A stretch of DNA of 64,000 bases from Candidatus Peregrinibacteria bacterium (GTDB taxonomy: Bacteria > Patescibacteriota > Gracilibacteria > UBA1369 > JACRIC01), in contig JACPHH010000009.1 in NCBI GenBank assembly GCA_016188705.1, positions 98,091-162,090 on the forward strand, in the 5' to 3' direction. The notes beneath the pieces are model-generated. The model searched no databases. It was not told where the DNA came from and worked only from the letters and a program-made list of their open reading frames with translations. Positions within the stretch are counted from its first letter, which is position 1, and the number at the start of each line of letters is the position of its first letter. A program made the position numbers and the translations under genes. Positions 56,085 to 64,000 of this stretch are shown here, in pieces.

Positions 56085-56232
56085 GGAAACCCTGATAAAT
56101 ATGCTTACTACTGCAAATTGCAAAATTTGGCTGCAAACGCTTCAGACCTCCTCGCCGTATCTTCTTCTGATACGCCTTCGTCGGTCGCTCAGCGTTTTCG
56201 CTCAAATTTTGCAATTTTCGTAATGAAAAATC
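56085..56232. repeat. Family-1 element, divergent full-length copy overlapping the 5-prime end of the S-layer gene ORF
   Basis: ggaaaccctgataaatatgcttactactgcaaattgcaaaatttggctgcaaacgcttcagacctcctcgccgtatcttcttctgatacgccttcgtcggtcgc...ttttcgtaatgaaaaatc is collinear with copies 6662 and 2620. Confidence 0.75.
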
Positions 56233-58649
56233 ATATGAAAGCATATTTTAAAAAATATATTGGGACAGTCCTTATAGTTGCCTTTCTAGGGACAACTGGG
56301 ACATCATATCTGTTTGACCAAACAGTCATGGCGGATTCTCAGGTGGGACCGACGGCTGTTTTGCAGGTTTCTCCAACGGGAGGTTCGATACAAACAACCT
56401 TTACATTCGACGCGTCACTTTCAACCAATGCACGCGGTTCCAGGGGGAATCTCGATTACAGAATAAATTTTGAATACTCATCTTCCTCCTTTACCACATG
56501 GAACAGCGTAAGCCAATTCGACTACACCTATACCCAATCCGGCAATAAAAAGGTCATTCTCGACGTTCGGGACAGGGAAACAGGTTTAACCGACCGTGCT
56601 ATTCTCAGTCTCAATGTCGGCGAAAAACTGTCATGGAATGCTGAAATTGCCGTTTCACCCCTCAAAGGCGATAGCAATACCTCATTTCGATTTCAAATGC
56701 AGATGACGAGTGATCTTGCGACTCCTGTCACGGACTATGAAGTTCGTTGGGATTTTGACGGAGATAACGCTTGGGATACGCGTTTTTCAAATCAACATAC
56801 CGCGTATCATCTCTTTTCAAAAACCGGCTACTTTACGCCGAAAGCCGAAGCGCGCGATCCGAGTGGGAATACCGTCCTTGTTTTCGGACTCGGTGAAGAT
56901 AATACAGAATTGGGCGAAAAGCGTGAAGATATGATTCTCGTGGCTCGATCAGGCGCGCCGGATGCCAATATAAGCGTCTATCCTGGTGTCGGAATTGCCA
57001 ATTCCACCATATTTTACCTTGATGGTTCTGATTCTGTCGACCTTGAAGACCTTTTCAAAATTCAGTATCGTTTTGATTTTCAAAATGATGGCATTTTCGA
57101 TACGGATTTTTCATCAAATGCCAAAGCTTCGTATATTTACCCGCTTCCAGGTACGCAAACTGCGGTTGTGCAGGTAAAAGACAAAGATGGGCACATGGAT
57201 GAGGCTTACATTATGGTGGAAGTGCGTGAGCATGACACACCGCCGCAAGCGGATTTTACCATTCGAGGCGATGGAAAACTCGCGGAACAGCCTTATTCGA
57301 AAAATGGAACAGCGATTGGAACCACTTCCACTGTTTTTTCTTTCAGCGCCCAGAGTGTCCGTGACAATGAAGATTCCTCTACGAATTTACAAGTACGATT
57401 CGATTTCGACGGCGATACAATTTTTGATACCGCATTTTCCACCAATAAACGAGCCGAATACCGTTATTTAAAAATCGGTAATTTTACCGCTATGATGCAG
57501 GTACTCGACAGCGCCGGCAGTATCACTTCGGTGTCAAAAGAAGTTACCATTGTTGCCAATACTGATCCTGAAGCGAAACTTATCATTACGCCGTTAGCAG
57601 GCACGCCCGCAACGGTTTTTACCTTTGATCCGAGAAATTCGCGAGACGCCCAGTATCGAAATTCCTCGCTTCGTGTACGCTATGACTTCAATTCCGACGG
57701 TATTTACGATACGAAATTTGAAAGCATCAAAAGCAGAAGGGAGACATTTAAAAATCCTGGCAAAAAATCGATTACGCTCCAAGTAATGGATCCCGAGGGA
57801 AAAATCGCTACCGCCACGCAGCAAGTTGAAATTTATTCCAACCAGACTCCGGTAGCTCAATTTGATATTTCACCTCGAGAAGGGACTTTTTCCACGAACT
57901 TTGTTTTTGACGCTTCAAAATCTCTTGATCCTGAGCCGAGTTCGGGTAAGCTTCAATATCGTTTTGATTTCGATTACACAGGTCCTAATGACATTGAATA
58001 CGATTCCAATTTCAGCAGTAATCCCATCCGAAAAATTCAGTATAATCAAGTCAATAAAATCGGAAAAATTCAAGTTCGAGTTGAAGTGAAAGATGCTGAT
58101 GGAAAAACCACTACCGCCATTTCAGAAATTTCGCTGCATTGGTCTTCTCAATACATTGAATACTTTAGACGCAAAGGCGTGCTTCGAGGATATGAAAAGG
58201 GAGAGATGAAACCCGATCAGCCTATTACTCGAGCTGAATTTACCAAAGTCATTTTAGAAACTCTGGATATTCCTTTAAATGGCGTAAAGTTTGAACAGAG
58301 ATTTACCGATGTACGAAAAACGGATTGGTTTTCAAAATATGTTTTAAAAGCCGAATCGCTCGGCATTATTCAAGGCTACGACAATCAAACTTTTCGTCCG
58401 AATGAGCCGGTAACGCGAGCCGAAGCGCTGGCTATTATTTTTCGAGCTTTTGAAATTCCGTCACAATCATCGAAAAAAGTATTTCCCGATGTCGCGATGG
58501 GACAGTGGTTTACGAGTTATGTATCCAGCGCCTATGAATCAGGTCTTATTAAAGGATACACTGATGGTTCCTTTCGACCTCATGGACTTATCACTCGCGG
58601 AGAGGCTTCCAAAATCAGCTATCTCGCCAGTCAAAAATACGATTTTTAG
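56223..58649 (+). CDS. S-layer candidate: signal/TM, about seven PKD-like repeats, three C-terminal SLH domains
   Basis: Repeating roughly 90-aa units (TTFTFDAS.S......L.YR.DF..DG..D), then HWSSQYIEYFRRKGVLRGY, FTDVRKTDWFSKYVLKAESLGIIQGYDNQTFRPNEPVTRAEA and FPDVAMGQWFTSYVSSAYESGLIKGYTDGSFRP. Probable start ATG 56223 or 56235; track ORF start 56043 reads through the repeat. Confidence 0.85.
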   Translation: MKNHMKAYFKKYIGTVLIVAFLGTTGTSYLFDQTVMADSQVGPTAVLQVSPTGGSIQTTFTFDASLSTNARGSRGNLDYRINFEYSSSSFTTWNSVSQFDYTYTQSGNKKVILDVRDRETGLTDRAILSLNVGEKLSWNAEIAVSPLKGDSNTSFRFQMQMTSDLATPVTDYEVRWDFDGDNAWDTRFSNQHTAYHLFSKTGYFTPKAEARDPSGNTVLVFGLGEDNTELGEKREDMILVARSGAPDANISVYPGVGIANSTIFYLDGSDSVDLEDLFKIQYRFDFQNDGIFDTDFSSNAKASYIYPLPGTQTAVVQVKDKDGHMDEAYIMVEVREHDTPPQADFTIRGDGKLAEQPYSKNGTAIGTTSTVFSFSAQSVRDNEDSSTNLQVRFDFDGDTIFDTAFSTNKRAEYRYLKIGNFTAMMQVLDSAGSITSVSKEVTIVANTDPEAKLIITPLAGTPATVFTFDPRNSRDAQYRNSSLRVRYDFNSDGIYDTKFESIKSRRETFKNPGKKSITLQVMDPEGKIATATQQVEIYSNQTPVAQFDISPREGTFSTNFVFDASKSLDPEPSSGKLQYRFDFDYTGPNDIEYDSNFSSNPIRKIQYNQVNKIGKIQVRVEVKDADGKTTTAISEISLHWSSQYIEYFRRKGVLRGYEKGEMKPDQPITRAEFTKVILETLDIPLNGVKFEQRFTDVRKTDWFSKYVLKAESLGIIQGYDNQTFRPNEPVTRAEALAIIFRAFEIPSQSSKKVFPDVAMGQWFTSYVSSAYESGLIKGYTDGSFRPHGLITRGEASKISYLASQKYDF

Positions 58650-58656
58650 AGACTCC

Positions 58657-58708
58657 TTAGAAAAAAAGTACATATCGCTGGCAGGCGGGAGCTCGTCGCA
58701 GATCATGC
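58657..58708 (+). repeat. Family-2 interspersed repeat, copy c
   Basis: ttagaaaaaaagtacatatcgctggcaggcgggagctcgtcgcagatcatgc. Confidence 0.75.
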
Positions 58709-58757
58709 AATTTTTGGTTTTTTTCTTGCGAATGAAAAAATAATATGGTAAAATTTT

Positions 58758-60536
58758 ATGAAAGATTCTTTTTTTATGTTGTCAAAAATAAAGATGAAAT
58801 TTTTCTCTTGGAGAGCATTTTCAATCGCAAAAGCATTTTCAATATCGCTTTCCGTTTTGCTTGTCGTCTTTTTTTATAATCTTTCGTATCAGACGATATA
58901 TCAAATTTTTGCGCAGATACAGGCTTCCGCCTCTCAACCGATTCCATCAACGAATCCGGCAAGCGGTGAATCCTATATTGGCGAAGACGGCGCAACCTGG
59001 ACATATCTTAATGGAGCTTATCAGATGGCTGATGATCCTTCTACTGTTTGCAGCGACCTCGATAGCGATGGCTATTGGACGAATACCTGTTTTGCCACCA
59101 ATGGCGATTGCAATGATTCTGACGCTTTCGTTCATCCAAAAGCTACTGAAATTTGCGGCGATACTATTGATAATAACTGTGATGGCCAAAAAGAAGAATG
59201 GTGCCCCGCAACCACTTCTTCCTGCAGCGCCAGTGATAATTTTCTTTCGTGTTTTTCAAATACATTTTCCTTTGATACGTCATTTCTTTCTTCAACGCTT
59301 GATTCATTAAAAAATTCTCTTAATTCACTTTTTGGCAAAGGACAGCCTGATACCAATCCTCAAGCATCAACGAGCATATCTTCTGATTTTTCGCGTCTTA
59401 CTATTTCCACGAAAGCAGCGCTCAATCCATTGTCCGAAAGTGGAGCGATGGCTTTGAAAACGAATTCTCAAGTTGGATCAATTATCCTTAATAATCCAAC
59501 AAGTAATCTCAGCAGCGCAGGTCTTGCTCTCCAAAACAATGGCAATGTGGGTCTCTATGGTGAAGGAAAATCTACAGGTATTTTAGTTGAATCATATTCA
59601 GATATACAACCTAGTGTCGGTGTCTTTTCTACAGGCGATATCGGAACATTTGCCATTTCACAAACGAATATGGGCGGATATGCTTCCGGTACGAAGATTG
59701 GTATTTTCTCCGAGGGAAAAAATGTTGGAATCTATGCGAATGGAACTGATAACGGAATAACAGCGAATGCTCTTGGCGTAACTCCCAAATATGGCGATGT
59801 TATTGGAGCAGTGAATGGATCAGATGGATTGATTGCATGGGCTCTACTTGATGGCAAAGGATTCGACGGCAAAGGATATAGTTTGTTTACTCCTTTTTCT
59901 GCATTGACCGAAACCACCTCTGTAACAGGAAACACTTTTACCGACTCATTGACGACTTTGAATCTTATTGGCAATGAATCACAGCTTCCAAGTGATTTTA
60001 TGCTCAATATGATTGCAGGTTCCTTAACTGTACAAGATTCTCTCGCTCTCACTGGAAATCTTGATATAACAGGAGGTCTCAATGTGGGCGGAAATATTGT
60101 ATTAAAAGATGGATCGATTCTTACTCAGAGTGATATTCAGGCAGGTCCAGATGAACTAGGAAAAGTCACTCACCTGAGTTCTGGTAAAATATCGGTCGAA
60201 CTCGGTATTCATAGCATTGCCTTTGATAATAATGTCGAGGTTACAAACGACACTCTTGTTAAAGGCAAAGTTACGGCTGATGGAGGAATAGGCGCATTTT
60301 ATAGTGTTTTTAATGAAAATGGACTCGGCAATCCGTATGCCTCATGCGATTCGGGTGATTTTCTTGTTTCCTGCAGCGCATTTCTCTCGGATTCAAAACA
60401 ATATGTCGGGGCTCGGCCTTCAAAGCGCGGAGCACAATCATGCGAGGCATTTTCACAAAATTCCAATAAAACCGTGAGAGTCTATGCGTACTGTTTTGAT
60501 CCTCAGGGCGGTCATGGTCCATTTGAAATTCCATGA
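58758..60536 (+). CDS. Secreted repeat protein, paralog 1 (Cys-rich metal-binding-like motif, Gly-rich solenoid-like repeats, 4-Cys C-terminal module)
   Basis: N-terminal TM/signal. CSDLDSDGYW..C...GDCNDSDAFVHP.ATEICGDTIDNNCDG. Repeats such as NVGLYGEGKSTGILVES, IGIFSEGKNVGIYANGTDNGITA. C-terminal ASCDSGDFLVSCSA...SCEA...VRVYAYCFDPQG. Confidence 0.8.
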   Translation: MKDSFFMLSKIKMKFFSWRAFSIAKAFSISLSVLLVVFFYNLSYQTIYQIFAQIQASASQPIPSTNPASGESYIGEDGATWTYLNGAYQMADDPSTVCSDLDSDGYWTNTCFATNGDCNDSDAFVHPKATEICGDTIDNNCDGQKEEWCPATTSSCSASDNFLSCFSNTFSFDTSFLSSTLDSLKNSLNSLFGKGQPDTNPQASTSISSDFSRLTISTKAALNPLSESGAMALKTNSQVGSIILNNPTSNLSSAGLALQNNGNVGLYGEGKSTGILVESYSDIQPSVGVFSTGDIGTFAISQTNMGGYASGTKIGIFSEGKNVGIYANGTDNGITANALGVTPKYGDVIGAVNGSDGLIAWALLDGKGFDGKGYSLFTPFSALTETTSVTGNTFTDSLTTLNLIGNESQLPSDFMLNMIAGSLTVQDSLALTGNLDITGGLNVGGNIVLKDGSILTQSDIQAGPDELGKVTHLSSGKISVELGIHSIAFDNNVEVTNDTLVKGKVTADGGIGAFYSVFNENGLGNPYASCDSGDFLVSCSAFLSDSKQYVGARPSKRGAQSCEAFSQNSNKTVRVYAYCFDPQGGHGPFEIP

Positions 60537-60549
60537 TACTATCTCAATT

Positions 60550-62571
60550 ATGAAATATTTTCTCCACAAATATCCGATCTTTCTCATCAGTATAGTCCTT
60601 GTTTTGATTACAGGGATAACACAGCATGTTTTCGCGCTGGACTCGAATATTATCAACGAAATAGAAGCTCTGCTCCAAGGTTTATCCCAAAACCAATCGC
60701 AGCCTTCAGACGCGGCTCCTTCTCAAGCCGGAGTAATTCCGAGTTTCGGACGAATTGCCGTCGGTCCGTCTTCATCTGAAGCTATTTTACTTGGCGATAA
60801 TGAAGTTTCAGGCATCACAACCGGTGAAAATATCGGACTTGGAATCCAAACCAATGGAGCTCTCGGACTCGCAGCCATTTCGCATCGACTTTCAGCCCCT
60901 TCTTCAAATATTTACGATGCCGGCATTATTGTAAAAAATACAGGCAGCATAGGAATTTTTGCCTTTTCTCAGAATACTTCATCCAGTGGAAAAGGTTTGT
61001 ACATCAATGGCTCAAAAGATATCGGACTCTTTACATCTGGCGAAACAATAGGGCTTTCAATTTCAGGATTCAATACAGGACTAGAAGCACGCAGTGGATT
61101 TGGAGGCGCTTTTGGTTCTTCACAAACAAACGGTGTTGGAGTTTATGGTAGTGGAACAAACTTAGGCGTTACCGCGAGCGACGGTTCCTCGGTAGGAGCT
61201 AAGGATGGGATTGGTATATTTTCTTCACAAAATGCTTTTATCGCCGAAAAAGCCACACAATTTCAAATTCATTCCGATGCTTCCTTCCTTCAAAATGTTG
61301 ATGGTCAAAATCTGGATGTCATTGAGGTCGCGCAATTTGAATCACTGGATGCTATTCAAGCAAAAAGCGTTCAAGATGAATTATTGGTTGCAGGTATTCT
61401 AACTCTTGACGGAAATACTTTAAATATAGCCGACGGTCTCACTGCTTCTTCTGTCAAAATCGGTGGAAATTTTTCTTTTGAAGGCAATAACAGTTCTAAT
61501 ATCATTCGCTCGACATCGGATACCCTTGGAATCAACGATGATGTTATTATTTATGGAAATTTGAATGTAAATACTCGACTAAATGCTTACGAAATGGGCA
61601 ATATTACCATTCATGAATATAATGCAGCCGCTGAACAAGTAACTGTTTCCTGTGACAGTCCACAGACGCTTATGAACTGCGGAGCTTCCATTGAAGGTAC
61701 GAGCGATGCTGTTCAAAGCGTTTATCCTTCAAGCTCCGCATGCGTAGCTCGGCAGCCAAATGACGGTTATTTTTCAAAGCTCCACGTATATGCCTATTGC
61801 TTTGAACCGCAAGGCATTGGTTCCGATAATTGTACGGATCCCGATAATGATGGTGTCTGCGATAATGATAATTGTCCAAATACAGCGAATACGAACCAGT
61901 CCGATATCGATGGTGACGGGGTTGGCGATGCCTGCGATAATTGCGTCAACGATTCGAATGCCGACCAAGCTGACAGTAACGGCAATGGTATCGGTAATGT
62001 TTGTGAAAAAACTTCTACGACCTATGATCCTTGTTCTGCTGATCCTTCGCTTTGCGCCCAGGTCAATATCCCATTTGATACAAATAGTTCAAAAATCTGG
62101 GATTGGAAATGGAAGCCTACCTGTGAGCCGGATTGCACCAGTCAAACCGCCACAGTGAGCGCTACGGATTGCTACCCGACTGGAGGTTTCTGTGCGGAAA
62201 ATATTCCAACAACACAAAGTTTGAATGCCGATATTCTCACAGACTCCTCTTCTCTTGTTCAAGGATGGAACGCAGAAGATCCGCGTAATGGCAATGTTCT
62301 TGGTGATCTTTCTGTTTCAGCCCTTGCCTTCATGATTCAAATGAATAGAATCAGTGAACAGGATGTTGCCGCCATTACTGACGCTAACCAAGACTTGGCG
62401 GAAGCAGCTCTTAATCTCCTCAGCCAGTATAATTTTCGAGATGGATCTTGGAAAACTGGAGGCTGGAATGGACTTGATGGCTTTACAGATTCTCTCAACT
62501 CCGCGCTTCAATCTCTTGGTCAGGATGCTCTCAATCTTAATGATATCCGTGCTGGTAATTATGGAATATAA
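60550..62571 (+). CDS. Secreted repeat protein, paralog 2 (plus thrombospondin type-3-like Ca-binding repeats)
   Basis: Signal MKYFLHKYPIFLISIVLVLITGITQHVFA. Repeats IGLGIQTNGALGLAAIS, SIGIFAFSQ, GVGVYGSGTNLGVTASDG. Module VSCDSPQTLMNCGA...ACVA...LHVYAYCFEPQG. Then DPDNDGVCDNDNCPNTANTNQSDIDGDGVGDACDNCVNDSNADQADSNGNGIGNVC. ATG 60550 inside track ORF 60484..62571. Confidence 0.8.
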   Translation: MKYFLHKYPIFLISIVLVLITGITQHVFALDSNIINEIEALLQGLSQNQSQPSDAAPSQAGVIPSFGRIAVGPSSSEAILLGDNEVSGITTGENIGLGIQTNGALGLAAISHRLSAPSSNIYDAGIIVKNTGSIGIFAFSQNTSSSGKGLYINGSKDIGLFTSGETIGLSISGFNTGLEARSGFGGAFGSSQTNGVGVYGSGTNLGVTASDGSSVGAKDGIGIFSSQNAFIAEKATQFQIHSDASFLQNVDGQNLDVIEVAQFESLDAIQAKSVQDELLVAGILTLDGNTLNIADGLTASSVKIGGNFSFEGNNSSNIIRSTSDTLGINDDVIIYGNLNVNTRLNAYEMGNITIHEYNAAAEQVTVSCDSPQTLMNCGASIEGTSDAVQSVYPSSSACVARQPNDGYFSKLHVYAYCFEPQGIGSDNCTDPDNDGVCDNDNCPNTANTNQSDIDGDGVGDACDNCVNDSNADQADSNGNGIGNVCEKTSTTYDPCSADPSLCAQVNIPFDTNSSKIWDWKWKPTCEPDCTSQTATVSATDCYPTGGFCAENIPTTQSLNADILTDSSSLVQGWNAEDPRNGNVLGDLSVSALAFMIQMNRISEQDVAAITDANQDLAEAALNLLSQYNFRDGSWKTGGWNGLDGFTDSLNSALQSLGQDALNLNDIRAGNYGI

Positions 62572-62587
62572 TTTTTTTTCTTAATCA

Positions 62588-64000
62588 ATGAAACGTCTTC
62601 GCACTTACATATTTGGCTCCTTCCTTTCCGGACTTATTGTTCTCTTGATGCTCCATATTACATCAGCCGCTCAAATTGACGCTATCCCCAGCTCTCTGAA
62701 AACCGCAATTCCTGTCTCTTCTCCGTTACCTTCAGAGCCATCTACGGGATTTCTTACCTCTCTTCAGTCAAGCTTTAACACTTTTATGAATTTTTCGGAA
62801 AATGCGGTTGGAACTCCTGATGAAAATGGACCGATTCAGGGTTTAGTGACACCGAATTTTTCCGGAATAACTACAGGAGGCGGCGCAGAAAATCTCGGAA
62901 CCGAAATCACTCCGGAAGGCTCACTCGTCGTACGATCAGAGACATCTCCTGTTTCATTTTCTATCAATTCCACGAACACAGATGGTGTTGGTCTTATGGC
63001 TACATCTCTCAATTCTAATGGTATTGGAGTTTTCGCCACGGGATCAACGATTGGTATTCTGACAGAAGGCAAAAATGTTGGTACTTACGCAAAAGGATCG
63101 CAATATGGAATTTATGTGAATTCTGGTGAAATTGGCATTCAGGCTATTTCAGAAAATGGAATAGGAACTTCTATCTCGGGATCAAATGGTCTTGAAGCTC
63201 AGGGAAATGATTTTGGGGTACTTGGATATGGTACCGCAGCCGGCATCCTTGGGTTGCATCAATCTGACAATACATGGGGAGCGCTTGGCTATAATTATGA
63301 TAACATTCTTTATGGCTTCTATACTCCTTATGAAACGAAAATCGGAGGAACTCTTACTTCTAACGGTGAAATTGCCGTGGCAGGAAAGGCAAATATTTCA
63401 GGAGTCCTTTCCATTTTGAAAAAAGCCGTGATTGATACGGTTATTACGCCGATTTGGAAAAATACTTCGCCTTCTGAAGATACTGTCACATGGAATGCGC
63501 CATCAGTACAAGTGACGAATGATGTTCTTGACGGCACATCTGATGCCACGAATGTTAACGTCAATACCAATGGCGTCACGAATCAGATATCCGTCGGTTC
63601 CGGAGGTTTTGAAATTGGAAATGGAGCTATTCAAGGCGGCAATCAAACTTTTTCTCTTCCTAATAAACTCGAAGTACGTGATGGAAATAATCTTTATTCT
63701 CAAGGAACGATTACCGCTGATACGGAAATTGGAAGATTTTATTTTGAAGAATCAACGTATGAAGGAAGTTCTTCTGTTGCTTCCTGTGACACATCCAGAC
63801 AGCCCTACGTTCTTCTTGTTGGATGCAGTGGCCAGGTTACCAGCGGTGAAGGAACTATTCAATCCGCGGTTCCCTACACAATTATGGGCTACCAGAGCTG
63901 CAGAGTGTCGACTTCTGATTCTTCTACCAAGGCTCGAGCCTATGCGTACTGTTTCAATCCCGAAGGAAGCGGAAATAATAGTACGAATACGACAATTACT
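62588..64000 (+). CDS. Secreted repeat protein, paralog 3 (partial, runs off the window; absent from the ORF track)
   Basis: The manually translated frame is open from ATG 62588 to the window end: MKRLRTYIFGSFLSGLIVLLMLHITSAAQ..., GVGLMATSLNSNGIGVFATGSTIGILTEGKNVGTYAKGSQYGIYVNSGEIGIQAIS..., ASCDTSRQPYVLLVGCSG...SCRV...ARAYAYCFNPEG. Confidence 0.8.
   Translation, partial: MKRLRTYIFGSFLSGLIVLLMLHITSAAQIDAIPSSLKTAIPVSSPLPSEPSTGFLTSLQSSFNTFMNFSENAVGTPDENGPIQGLVTPNFSGITTGGGAENLGTEITPEGSLVVRSETSPVSFSINSTNTDGVGLMATSLNSNGIGVFATGSTIGILTEGKNVGTYAKGSQYGIYVNSGEIGIQAISENGIGTSISGSNGLEAQGNDFGVLGYGTAAGILGLHQSDNTWGALGYNYDNILYGFYTPYETKIGGTLTSNGEIAVAGKANISGVLSILKKAVIDTVITPIWKNTSPSEDTVTWNAPSVQVTNDVLDGTSDATNVNVNTNGVTNQISVGSGGFEIGNGAIQGGNQTFSLPNKLEVRDGNNLYSQGTITADTEIGRFYFEESTYEGSSSVASCDTSRQPYVLLVGCSGQVTSGEGTIQSAVPYTIMGYQSCRVSTSDSSTKARAYAYCFNPEGSGNNSTNTTIT

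Noticed and set aside
58758-64000. A diversity-generating retroelement targeting the C-termini of the three paralogs.
   Set aside because: No reverse transcriptase and no near-identical template/variable repeat pair occur in the window. The C-terminal modules are diverged at all base types rather than at adenine-specific positions. Sequence beyond 64000 remains unchecked.
1-64000. Alternative genetic code (UGA as Gly, code 25), as in some candidate phyla.
   Set aside because: Highly conserved genes (thiC, uvrB, vapB-like and others) end at TGA exactly where homologues end. No conserved protein needs in-frame TGA read-through.

Overview
This is a low-GC, gene-dense bacterial segment that uses the standard genetic code, since TGA serves as a stop (for example in thiC and uvrB). 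The gene content points to an uncultivated CPR/Patescibacteria-like lineage, but this is an inference: Thi4-type thiazole synthase, archaeal-type ProRS and Asd, the DapL lysine route, a split transketolase, a MurF with a membrane N-terminus, and SLH-anchored surface proteins.

Gene order:
- Thiamine genes (thi4, thiC, thiE, thiL), interrupted by a VapBC pair and a hypothetical gene
- tRNA-Arg(CCG) and folK
- Split transketolase with a DUF192 gene between the two halves
- prs, rpiB, rpe, ald
- An orphan sigma-54-type AAA+ activator
- Divergent lysine cluster: lysC and asd on one strand; dapL, lysA, dapA and dapB on the other
- tRNA-Arg(GCG)
- An orphan 515-aa protein, a methyltransferase, and a deacetylase/DUF4015 pair
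- uvrB and an HNH gene
- yceD, rpmF, nusB, rnc
- A 910-aa SLH protein
- Cell-wall genes: hydrolase, murF, degT-like, femAB-like
- An AbiEi/AbiEii pair
- ftsA-like gene, then proS with a hidden frameshift
- A RelE toxin plus an antitoxin ORF too short for the ORF track
- A PKD/SLH S-layer candidate followed by three tandem secreted paralogs, the last running off the window

The most unusual signals are:
1. At least three families of short palindromic interspersed repeats. One family has compensatory changes in its terminal stem and in-frame derivatives inside murF.
2. The three-paralog surface cluster, which shares a 4-Cys C-terminal module.
3. A split transketolase whose catalytic residues appear substituted.
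4. Widespread in-frame low-complexity insertions in core enzymes.
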